IMG/VR virus record: IMGVR_UViG_3300021354_000001
Location: 67-64,066 of that record
Source of the DNA: a virus
Taxonomy: Duplodnaviria; Heunggongvirae; Uroviricota; Caudoviricetes
Length of the DNA stretch: 64,000 nucleotides
Reading direction: 5' to 3' (one strand)
The notes beneath the pieces are model-generated. The model made no database searches. It was not told the origin of the DNA and saw only the letters and a program-made list of their open reading frames with translations. Below, piece after piece: positions 18,792 through 26,807 of the stretch (positions are counted from its first letter, which is position 1; each line of letters starts with the position of its first letter). The position numbers and the translations under genes are program-made.

Positions 18792-19323
18792 TTAAGTCTC
18801 TATATGTAGCATATATATACTCACCAACGTTAGTTTTAATAATTTTATGAGTAATTTCTTCATATACATCTGTAATAGATATAATCACCTCATCTCTAAT
18901 TCTAAAGAATTCAGCTATTGTACGTTCTGTACCTATTTTTCTAATACAAAATGTCATTAAAAAATTGTTTTTAAATCTAGCAATATACTCAGAGCTTCTA
19001 TATACACCTAATGTAAAATCACATTCATATAATGTTTTCACTCTATTAGGATTAGCTTGTATTATATCACCTATTCTTAATCTTGCTTTAGGGTATTTTA
19101 TAGTTCTAGCTTGTTTTTTAGCTGTTGCTGCATCATTCTCCCATATTTCAAATGTATTTATACCAAAACTAGTAAAATTCTTGCACCAAGAATTACAACT
19201 TGGACCAGCTAGTCCTATAACGTGTGTATATTTATATTGTGATATAAGCCTATCGTAAATATATTTATATCTTTTTCTTTTTTGGGGTTTCTTCATGTAA
19301 TTAGATGGTAATAAGTTTGGCAT
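18757..19323 (-). CDS. hypothetical protein, possibly with a Rossmann-like nucleotide-binding fold (the HVIGLAGPSC segment)
   Basis: 188 aa. The glycine-rich segment follows a beta-strand-like stretch. I found no DPPY or other diagnostic methyltransferase motif. Confidence 0.3.
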   Translation of the reverse strand: MPNLLPSNYMKKPQKRKRYKYIYDRLISQYKYTHVIGLAGPSCNSWCKNFTSFGINTFEIWENDAATAKKQARTIKYPKARLRIGDIIQANPNRVKTLYECDFTLGVYRSSEYIARFKNNFLMTFCIRKIGTERTIAEFFRIRDEVIISITDVYEEITHKIIKTNVGEYIYATYRDLNGPPMCCIAKL

Positions 19324-19344
19324 TTTTTATAATTTTTGCTTTCA

Positions 19345-19385
19345 GAGTTAATAAAAAAGCCTCCCTAAATTAATAGAGAGGCTTT
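19345..19385 (-). terminator. rho-independent terminator candidate
   Basis: Stem aaagcctc (19356-19363) pairs with gaggcttt (19378-19385). It is preceded on the plus strand by an A-run that gives a U-run on the minus transcript, and it lies 25-50 nt downstream of the 19409 gene. Confidence 0.45.
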
Positions 19386-19408
19386 ACACATATACAAACT
19401 AACCAAGT

Positions 19409-19633
19409 TTATCTTTTGATTCTACAACCTTGATCCCACAGACTCATCATATGGTTAGCGTTGTGAATACCTTCTCTACTGTGCCATTTAATACTGACAC
19501 TATGTTCTTTACACCAATCTTCATAACTTATTTGTTCTTCTGGTGTAACAGTAGATTGTGTCTTTATAACACATAGTTTTGGTCTATCTTCAGGAGTCTT
19601 GTCCTTAAATAGATGGGTTAATAATTCTTTCAT
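19409..19633 (-). CDS. hypothetical protein
   Basis: 74 aa ORF. Confidence 0.4.
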   Translation of the reverse strand: MKELLTHLFKDKTPEDRPKLCVIKTQSTVTPEEQISYEDWCKEHSVSIKWHSREGIHNANHMMSLWDQGCRIKR

Positions 19634-19644
19634 TGTTAGTTAAT

Positions 19645-19833
19645 TTAATAATCATCATCCATATATTCACCTGCATTCATGTAATCATAATAAGCATCCT
19701 TGCGATAAGGATATTTGTGCTCATAACAATCATCACAATATTCACCTGTAAATATACCATAATGGTCATACCTAGTTTCTATATAAAAATCTTCTGTTTC
19801 AGGTTTTTCGCAACCTCTACAATATTTTGTCAT
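19645..19833 (-). CDS. small acidic Cys-rich protein
   Basis: 62 aa containing CRGC...CDDC, rich in Tyr, Asp and Glu. Confidence 0.4.
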   Translation of the reverse strand: MTKYCRGCEKPETEDFYIETRYDHYGIFTGEYCDDCYEHKYPYRKDAYYDYMNAGEYMDDDY

Positions 19834-19844
19834 ATAAATTAGTT

Positions 19845-20363
19845 TTATTCAGAATCATAATCTTCAGGATCATAATCAGTTTTATCTTGTGGATGATCAT
19901 AAATCCATTCATCATCATCATCATCCTCATCATCACCATAAGTAACATTATCTAATGTTCTAATGGTAACAAGTCCTTGGAATAATAAGACTTCCTGTTC
20001 ATTCTCCATTTCAATAGCCAATTCACCATCATAGTTCTCTAATATATAATTAATGGTGTTTACATCAATGTTAGACAATTCATCACTGTCATCACCCTTA
20101 TCATACCAACCAATTTCTTCTGGTATAGCTAATAAGCGTTCTGGTTCATCAGGATTGTTGTTGAACATTGAATATATAACAGGGAGAACAGGAAATCCAT
20201 TGTTATTAATATATGAATCCATATCCATAGGAATATGACTTAATTCATGTATTGAATAATAATGATCATTATATCCATTCTGTTTAATGCTCATAAACCA
20301 CATACCCACCTTTAATGTATCAGGTATGTAATGTAATAATAAAAGTTTTGCTTGTGCATACAT
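19845..20363 (-). CDS. highly acidic protein, candidate DNA mimic or anti-restriction-like
   Basis: 172 aa with C-terminal DDEDDDDDEW...DYDPEDYDSE and a net charge that is strongly negative. Confidence 0.4.
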   Translation of the reverse strand: MYAQAKLLLLHYIPDTLKVGMWFMSIKQNGYNDHYYSIHELSHIPMDMDSYINNNGFPVLPVIYSMFNNNPDEPERLLAIPEEIGWYDKGDDSDELSNIDVNTINYILENYDGELAIEMENEQEVLLFQGLVTIRTLDNVTYGDDEDDDDDEWIYDHPQDKTDYDPEDYDSE

Positions 20364-20563
20364 AACAAATAAGTTTAATAAGGACTCTCTAATTAAAGAG
20401 AGCCCTATTAGTTAGTTAATAGCCTAATGCTTCTAAGGCTTTAATGTCTGCTTCTATAAATACAGAGCCTTTGAGCACTGTATATGTGAAGATAAAATGT
20501 GCCAATTGTTTAAATTGGTAAAATTCGATTGGGGTTAGTTCGATAAGTTTCATTGGTTAATTT

Positions 20564-20707
20564 TTATTTGTAAAGAAATGGTCTTACGTTTTGCTGTCTG
20601 TAAAAGAAATATTTATCTGTTGTTGGACAACTTCCTCTATATGTAATACAAGAGGATGAAAATAGGCTAATTATAGCCATTACTGCAATTAATTTGATTG
20701 TTTTCAT
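20564..20707 (-). CDS. small lipoprotein-like ORF of 47 aa, absent from the ORF track
   Basis: MKTIKLIAVMAIISLFSSSC is a signal peptide with a lipobox-like Cys. Confidence 0.3.
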   Translation of the reverse strand: MKTIKLIAVMAIISLFSSSCITYRGSCPTTDKYFFYRQQNVRPFLYK

Positions 20708-20712
20708 TTGAT

Positions 20713-20925
20713 TTATTTATGTTCTGTTAATGAATCTGGTTCACAAGCTATTATATATGTGAACATACTAATAATACATGCTAATATCAACCATAACAAT
20801 GTCCATCCAATATGGCTAATAGCATATATAATAGCATGTGCTGATAATAGAGCTATGTAACAAAATAACCATATTGCTGATATAACAAATATACAAACAG
20901 ATATGAATTTAGCTATTGTTCTCAT
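20713..20925 (-). CDS. small membrane protein (two TM helices)
   Basis: 70 aa hydrophobic ORF. Confidence 0.4.
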   Translation of the reverse strand: MRTIAKFISVCIFVISAIWLFCYIALLSAHAIIYAISHIGWTLLWLILACIISMFTYIIACEPDSLTEHK

Positions 20926-21146
20926 TGTTTAGTTTTATATGATGATGGTCCAATAATAGAACCAATAAGAAATAGCACCACACCAATGAAGAACCCTATT
21001 GCCCATGTAATACCTATCCAATCTTCATTTGGATCAGTGGGTTGATTGTTATCAAATAATAATGCTACTGTAAATAAAATCATACATACAGAGCATATAA
21101 ATCCTCCAATGAGGAATAGAATGTTGTCTTTTTTCATAATTACCAT
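20922..21146 (-). CDS. small membrane protein (two TM helices)
   Basis: 74 aa hydrophobic ORF with a 4-nt overlap onto its neighbour. Confidence 0.4.
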   Translation of the reverse strand: MVIMKKDNILFLIGGFICSVCMILFTVALLFDNNQPTDPNEDWIGITWAIGFFIGVVLFLIGSIIGPSSYKTKQ

Positions 21147-21415
21147 GTTTTTTTAATGTTGTTATTAAAATATTCATCTAAGTCCATTATTACTATTACA
21201 GATGGTATCCATCCTACTAATAGCATAATTAAAAGTGTTCCACCATGTGTTGTACAAGTTCTAAATGATAAATCACCTGAAACAGCCCATCCAATAAAAG
21301 AAATACTCATCCAAGTGAATAATAATGTTGCTATAAAAGCTAACATAATAATTGTGTTTTTCATAACTAATTGATTAATAATGTTTTGTAATTGGTTAAT
21401 TGTAATTAAATTCAA
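21140..21415 (-). CDS. small membrane protein
   Basis: 91 aa with two or three hydrophobic segments. Confidence 0.4.
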   Translation of the reverse strand: MNLITINQLQNIINQLVMKNTIIMLAFIATLLFTWMSISFIGWAVSGDLSFRTCTTHGGTLLIMLLVGWIPSVIVIMDLDEYFNNNIKKTW

Positions 21416-21694
21416 GGCTTCTCACCTATTTGTGTGTTTAGTAGTTAACACATAACCTGCATTGACTCATTAATCCTATCTATGCTACAGATATTGAACA
21501 TAACCATTGTTATTCACAATATACTATTCTATGTTCTCATTGCTGATAGTGCAGCTTGGGCTGTTCCCATTTTTAAGGACACCAACGATGGACCAAACAC
21601 CTATTTGGCTTTAAATGAGCAAACCTATATTGTAATGAAGAACAATAATATATATCATCTCCATATATGTCAAATTCTGTGTAATTATCCATTG

Positions 21695-21949
21695 CTAATA
21701 ATTTTTAATTGTATATGCTGAATTTCTTCTTAATTTATCACCATTAGCTTTACCAGCCTTAATTCTTCTTAATAATCTAGAATCACCTGATGAATACTCC
21801 ATAACAAAAGTTCTAGCATTCTTCATTGTACGTGGTGTAACCTTGTGTTGACTTAAACTTCTTTCTATTTTGTCCATATACATGGGTTTTTTAATATGAA
21901 TGAATAAATAAATCACCCAAGTCAATAGTGATTTGCCAATTGTGACCAA
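21695..21949 (-). CDS. hypothetical basic protein. The internal Met at MYMDKIE is the more likely start
   Basis: 84 aa with a Lys/Arg-rich C-terminus. Confidence 0.35.
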   Translation of the reverse strand: MVTIGKSLLTWVIYLFIHIKKPMYMDKIERSLSQHKVTPRTMKNARTFVMEYSSGDSRLLRRIKAGKANGDKLRRNSAYTIKNY

Positions 21950-23330
21950 GTAATTATTGTTACCTTATTAGAAGCTTTACTGCATAACCCTATACACTTC
22001 AATTTTACACACTCTTGTATTATATAAGAGGGTTTTATTAGGTTCAAATTACCAGATTGGATTTGTGAATAAATAATACAATAGGCTGTTTTCATCCATT
22101 AATTGGCTAATCCCAATCACCTATTGTATGTTAACTCCCTCTGCACTCAGTTGTAATACAGAATTCCACTGATAGAGTTCTAGCATTATACCTGAAAGAG
22201 GTTGGTGCAAGATTTGTCACTCATTATTACAATTGTCTATCCTTGGGAGCTGATTAACATTCTCGGTCTATACACGAGGCTTTGATACTATCTCATCTGT
22301 TAATCAGGTGGTTTCACATCTTAATAATACAATTACCATAAACAGAATCACCTGTTTCAATGCTATTCACAGAGCTTCCTTTTCTACTCTATTAACCTTA
22401 TTACAGTCCCTTTTACAGGATGAGTCTGATGAATTAGGGAATTGAACCCTATAAGATGTGAACAGTTATTATTAAGAAGTCTTTATATCCACTTAGAAAT
22501 GGTGCATTAAGACGTTCTGTTAACCCACAGTCCGTTAAACAAGGGATTATTACTCTCCAGGCTTGTAATAGCGTAAAAGTAATAACAAAAGTGTGATGAG
22601 CAGTCTTAATGCTATCTAGAATACAATTAAGTCCAAGCACATTGGTTAATCTATGTATCATCACACCATAATTAAGAAGACAATGTTTTTATAGTACATT
22701 GAAGTTTATGTACTAATGGTTCATATACAGCAGACTCAATAAGACCATTAGCAAAATCATCATCAAGACTAATTATAACTGCAATGAGTGTATTAATATG
22801 TTGTTCTGTAGTAGTCATATAAATATGATTTAATGTATGAATAAAAAGAAAAGGCTGTCCATCCATCATACAAATTTCCATTGTATAATATGACACTTTG
22901 TAGCACCTTGTTATTTAATCCATATATGTGTTAAGTTCTGATATTACCAGTTTTAACATATATGCCACTCTAATATAATTATTACCATAATAGAGTTTAG
23001 CAGTAGGATTACATTGTTTAAGAAACTTATGGAATGAACCAATAGTCTTAAATCCATAAGGAGTAGCAACTGCTGATATCCTAATAGAACAAGCAGAGAT
23101 TTTAGTTCTTGTAGTCATATAATTGTTATTTAATGCTATATATATTGTTTTGTATTTAGCATTTTGGTTAATAGAAAATATATGTGTTATGTGGAAGGAG
23201 TGTATACATCAACACTCTAACTCACAGATAATCAATTAGTTATGTTGAATTAATTCAGTGTTAAAAGCCCACCCTAATGAATTGCATTCTACCCACCCTA
23301 TATATACAATGTGTGTAACAAATGTTGTAA

Positions 23331-23358
23331 AACAAGTGGCTATTGCTAACCACTTGTT
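23331..23358 (-). terminator. stem-loop terminator candidate downstream of the 23369 gene
   Basis: A 9 bp perfect stem, aacaagtgg pairing with ccacttgtt, encloses a 10 nt loop. It lies 11 nt past the stop codon and has U-rich flanks. Confidence 0.4.
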
Positions 23359-23368
23359 GTTTAATTTA

Positions 23369-23797
23369 TTACCCATTCTCTAACGCAGAAAGTAAGTCAC
23401 TAGTAACAGGACTAGTTTCTAACGCTTTATAGCGACCAATTTGGTACTCAACTTTAGCGTCACTAACTTTATCTTCCTGTAATGCATTCCATTGTGCTCT
23501 ATTGATGTAACTGTCTAAATCAATGCTTCTAACTTTTTCAGTTGTAGCAACACCATTAGTGTCAACTGTCTCAACATCACGCATTGTGTCCATTAATTTA
23601 ATACTCTTCACTTGTCCGCCAATAAAATCAGCAACAAATGGATTATCAGTTGGAACACTGAATGCAACTAATTCATACTTGAAGCGAGAGTAAGTCTTAC
23701 CTGCCTTACCACGTGCTGTATTAGCACCAAAAGGAAGATTGTGTTCGATTGCAGAGATTTCAAATGTTTCAGCACCTTGTAATTTAATAGTAGCCAT
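23369..23797 (-). CDS. hypothetical protein with codon usage typical of highly expressed genes
   Basis: 142 aa. Its GC3 is higher and it prefers ggt, cgt and gct codons, as do the capsid genes. Confidence 0.5.
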   Translation of the reverse strand: MATIKLQGAETFEISAIEHNLPFGANTARGKAGKTYSRFKYELVAFSVPTDNPFVADFIGGQVKSIKLMDTMRDVETVDTNGVATTEKVRSIDLDSYINRAQWNALQEDKVSDAKVEYQIGRYKALETSPVTSDLLSALENG

Positions 23798-23965
23798 TGT
23801 GTTTTATTGCAGTGTTTAATGAGTCGCACGCTCTTAATTGTGATTGAATGTCATAGACCTGGGGCACCCCCCAACCCTACCCAATCACTAGGGGGTTACA
23901 AGGTGGAGTACCCTATCCTCACATATATACAAGGGGGGTAGGTTTTTAGAAAAAAATTTTAGAAG

Positions 23966-23979
23966 GTTCCACGTGGAAC
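23966..23979. promoter_or_regulatory. perfect 14 bp palindrome GTTCCACGTGGAAC, a candidate operator
   Basis: The sequence is its own reverse complement. It sits in the divergent switch region between the two transcription blocks. Confidence 0.4.
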
Positions 23980-24187
23980 ATGCTCTGGTCATACGAAACT
24001 TTCGTATATACAGTGTATGTTATTTCATACAAGCACAATGATAAGGTGTCTGTAATAATGGACATTTGGCTGAGTATAGAAATTTATACCCAGCCAAAAC
24101 TACTGAATTTGGCTGTGTTTCATTTCCTATGTTGGCAATGTTATCAATCAATAAATAGGCATTTGTCAATCAATAGACTGACTTTTA

Positions 24188-24219
24188 TTTGGTTATGTCT
24201 TTACTTTTACATATCTTTG
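24188..24219 (+). promoter_or_regulatory. Bacteroidetes sigma-A-type promoter (TTTG at -33, TATCTTTG at -7)
   Basis: tttg at 24188-24191, a 20 nt spacer, then tatctttg at 24212-24219. The ATG at 24237 is 18 nt downstream. Confidence 0.5.
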
Positions 24220-24236
24220 TAAAAAAGTAAAGCTGT

Positions 24237-24707
24237 ATGATATATTTTATTAAGCACACAGAGTATGTAAAGATTGGATATACAGACAACATTCAAAATA
24301 GACTAAGTCAATTACAAGTAAGTTGTCCAGTTAAGTTGGATGTATTAGGAATAATTGAAGGTACAACAGAGGATGAGTTTTTATATCATTTGAAGTTTGG
24401 CTATTTACATTCAAGTGGAGAATGGTTTAGACACACACCAGAACTTGATGAGTTTATTACCACTCTAAACAAAGATTTAATGTGGAAACATGGATTTGAA
24501 CAACATGAATCTAGTCCTATAGGTGTAATTAAATCTTGTAGATTAAAAAACAACATAAGCATGGAAGAGCTTGGTAAAAAGCTAGGTGTAAGTAAACAAT
24601 CCATAATGGATATGGAAACTAGAGATATGCAAGGAAGAATTTCTGTAAATAGTATTGTAAAGGCTTTAGCTGCTATGGGATATAAATACCAACATAGAGC
24701 TATATAG
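24237..24707 (+). CDS. T5orf172 (GIY-YIG superfamily) domain protein with a C-terminal XRE-type HTH
   Basis: IYFIKHTEYVKIGYTDNIQNRLSQL...SSGEWF are T5orf172 hallmarks. ISMEELGKKLGVSKQSIMDME is an HTH. Confidence 0.6.
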   Translation: MIYFIKHTEYVKIGYTDNIQNRLSQLQVSCPVKLDVLGIIEGTTEDEFLYHLKFGYLHSSGEWFRHTPELDEFITTLNKDLMWKHGFEQHESSPIGVIKSCRLKNNISMEELGKKLGVSKQSIMDMETRDMQGRISVNSIVKALAAMGYKYQHRAI

Positions 24708-25034
24708 CTTTACATATTGTCAGCTTATAGGTTTACATAATGTTTCTTATAACACCCTTTCAGGTATAATATTGTTCCTTATAGCACCCATTATACCTGA
24801 GAAGGTATAGTTTGCACCTATAAATTAAACTTTGCTCCCAATTATAATATCTTGCTGTACTTAAATTATAATCCCTTGCAGAAAATAAATTTGGTGGGTA
24901 TTGATAAATACCCATACCTTTGGGGAGTGTGGGTGGGGAAGGTTTAATAGAGATTGTATTGCTTATATATAATGTCTAATTAAATAATAGACAGCATAAT
25001 ATAGCAATAAGTCATTTTAATAATGAGAATAGTT

Positions 25035-25065
25035 ATTTGTTGGTCTATAGATTATGTATATCTTT
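25035..25065 (+). promoter_or_regulatory. Bacteroidetes sigma-A-type promoter with the same -7 element as the 24188 promoter
   Basis: tttg at 25035-25038, a 19 nt spacer, then tatctttg at 25058-25065. The ATG at 25079 follows. Confidence 0.5.
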
Positions 25066-25078
25066 GCATTAACTAATT

Positions 25079-25432
25079 ATGGAAACTAAAGTTGTTATAG
25101 TACAAAAACTTAAAAAATCTGTTGAAGACAGTTATGCTTCAGCAGAGAAGTATTATAGTTTGTTGTCTACATTGAATGATTTGAAGCTTACACATAGGGA
25201 GATTCAACTAATAGCCTTTACAGCAATTAAGGGTAATATAAGTTATGCTAACATTAGGGAAGAGTTTTGTTCTAAGTATAAAACCACTCCTCCAACAATA
25301 AATAACATTATATCAAAGCTTAAACGAATAGGTGTGTTAGTTAAGGATGGAACTAAGGTGAAGGTTAATCCAAGAATTATCCTTAACTTCGATAAAGATT
25401 TAGTATTAGATATAAAGATAGTTCATGGATAA
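25079..25432 (+). CDS. putative HTH DNA-binding or late-transcription regulator (sigma region-4/LuxR-like segment LTHREIQLIAF)
   Basis: 117 aa ORF. The HTH call is by eye only. Confidence 0.3.
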   Translation: METKVVIVQKLKKSVEDSYASAEKYYSLLSTLNDLKLTHREIQLIAFTAIKGNISYANIREEFCSKYKTTPPTINNIISKLKRIGVLVKDGTKVKVNPRIILNFDKDLVLDIKIVHG

Positions 25433-25778
25433 GCCAATAAGCATGTCTGTTAAAGACTACCTAGTTAGGACATTAGCAGTGAAAATACTTACAAGTGAGA
25501 AGATAGTTGAGACAGTGATCAATCATCAGTTTCAATCAGCCAATGAAGCAATGGATTTAAACAATAGTGTGGAGATTGCTGGGTTTGGAAAGTTCTTCTT
25601 TAACAATAAAAAAGCAATTACACGTCTTAAGTCATTGGAAGTCAAGCTAATAGCATTAACAAACATATTAAATGATGTAAATTCTTCTGAGAAGAAGAAA
25701 CATTCAGCTAGTGTTACAATAGAAAAGACTATAGCTCAAATTAAATCACTAAAGGAAAGGACTAATGAAAAACATTAA
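25425..25778 (+). CDS. HU/IHF-like DNA-binding protein, divergent
   Basis: NSVEIAGFGKFFFNNKKA resembles the HU signature GDxVxLxGFGxFxVxxRxA. Confidence 0.35.
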   Translation: MDKPISMSVKDYLVRTLAVKILTSEKIVETVINHQFQSANEAMDLNNSVEIAGFGKFFFNNKKAITRLKSLEVKLIALTNILNDVNSSEKKKHSASVTIEKTIAQIKSLKERTNEKH

Positions 25779-26073
25779 CTTCTCTCAGGTGTATGAAGGC
25801 TGGAAGAATAACCTCTTTCCTTCTGCTCACATGAAGCCCCTTATTGAACAGGTGGCTAAAACTAGATTAGAGATATGTAATGGTTGTTCCTTACATTCTA
25901 AAAATCATAGTACAACAAGACCAGATGATCATTGTACAGATTGTGGATGTACACTAGCTGCTAAGGTGAGATGTCTGTCTTGTGAATGTCCATTGGAAGT
26001 TCCTAAATGGATAGCAGTGATAGATTCCCTTGATAAAGAACATGAAATTAAAAATGCACTCAATGGAAAATAA
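25765..26073 (+). CDS. Cys-rich (zinc-binding) small protein
   Basis: 102 aa with about 10 Cys arranged as CNGC...CTDCGC...CLSCEC. Confidence 0.4.
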   Translation: MKNINFSQVYEGWKNNLFPSAHMKPLIEQVAKTRLEICNGCSLHSKNHSTTRPDDHCTDCGCTLAAKVRCLSCECPLEVPKWIAVIDSLDKEHEIKNALNGK

Positions 26074-26326
26074 TGATGTTACAATACAGAAAATTCCTTT
26101 AGATAATCTAATTGATATCCTTGTAGACTTGTATAATCATGGTGTAGATTATATTGACATTATAGGCACTATGGGAGAAGATCAGGATTATATGGCTATA
26201 AGCTTTTGCAAAGACTATATGTCAGAAGAAGCTGCAGAGAAATTTGATGAGGTGCCTAACGTAATAACAGAAAAAGATATAACCAACTATAAACTGTCTG
26301 ATGAAGACATAAATAATTTAATATGA
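26030..26326 (+). CDS. hypothetical acidic protein
   Basis: 98 aa ORF. Confidence 0.4.
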   Translation: MIKNMKLKMHSMENNDVTIQKIPLDNLIDILVDLYNHGVDYIDIIGTMGEDQDYMAISFCKDYMSEEAAEKFDEVPNVITEKDITNYKLSDEDINNLI

Positions 26327-26502
26327 ACCCAGCAGTAGAAGCATGGATTGTTATTGAGAAGCTTGCAGCATTATGTGCTACACCAGGCATTTCAGAAGAT
26401 GTACAAAAAGAAGCAAACAGCACTATTCAAAAGCTATTAGCTGATGTTATTAAACCAGGCTTAAGTAAGTTAGTAGCTACAGGGGCTGGGCTTATTGTAT
26501 AA
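26323..26502 (+). CDS. hypothetical small protein of 59 aa, absent from the ORF track
   Basis: MNPAVEAWIVIEKLAALCATPGISEDVQKE... Its ATG overlaps the upstream stop in an ATGA arrangement. Confidence 0.3.
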   Translation: MNPAVEAWIVIEKLAALCATPGISEDVQKEANSTIQKLLADVIKPGLSKLVATGAGLIV

Positions 26503-26797
26503 ATATAAATGTATGAACAAGAGGAACCATTATAGTGAGGTGATTCATATTCTCCAAGAACTACACAAAACCTATCCAACATACAACTTGGGTAAGCACC
26601 TTGCAACAGCTCTTGATGAATATGGGGATGTATGGGGAATGACAGATAAGGAATTAGAATATGCTTTGTATAAGTATAAGTCACAATTAGAAATGGATGT
26701 TCCACACACAGATGAGAGTGAACTTGATAAGATTATAAAAGATGGAATGGATTTGGATAACATTCTTAAGCAGGATGATGACGAAGAAGAATATTAA
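26495..26797 (+). CDS. hypothetical acidic protein (the start may be the internal MNKRNHY Met)
   Basis: 100 aa ORF. Confidence 0.4.
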   Translation: MYKYKCMNKRNHYSEVIHILQELHKTYPTYNLGKHLATALDEYGDVWGMTDKELEYALYKYKSQLEMDVPHTDESELDKIIKDGMDLDNILKQDDDEEEY

Positions 26798-26807
26798 TTA
26801 ATTACAT

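Noticed and set aside
21482-21721. 79-aa plus-strand ORF in the gap between two minus-strand genes
   Set aside because: It is hydrophobic and low-complexity, sits on the opposite strand to the entire block and has no promoter-like element. It is more likely promoter and leader sequence for the 21415 gene.
22041-22055. GGTTCAAAT T-loop-like string on the plus strand
   Set aside because: The flanking 5 nt cannot form a T-stem, and there is no D-arm or anticodon arm context.
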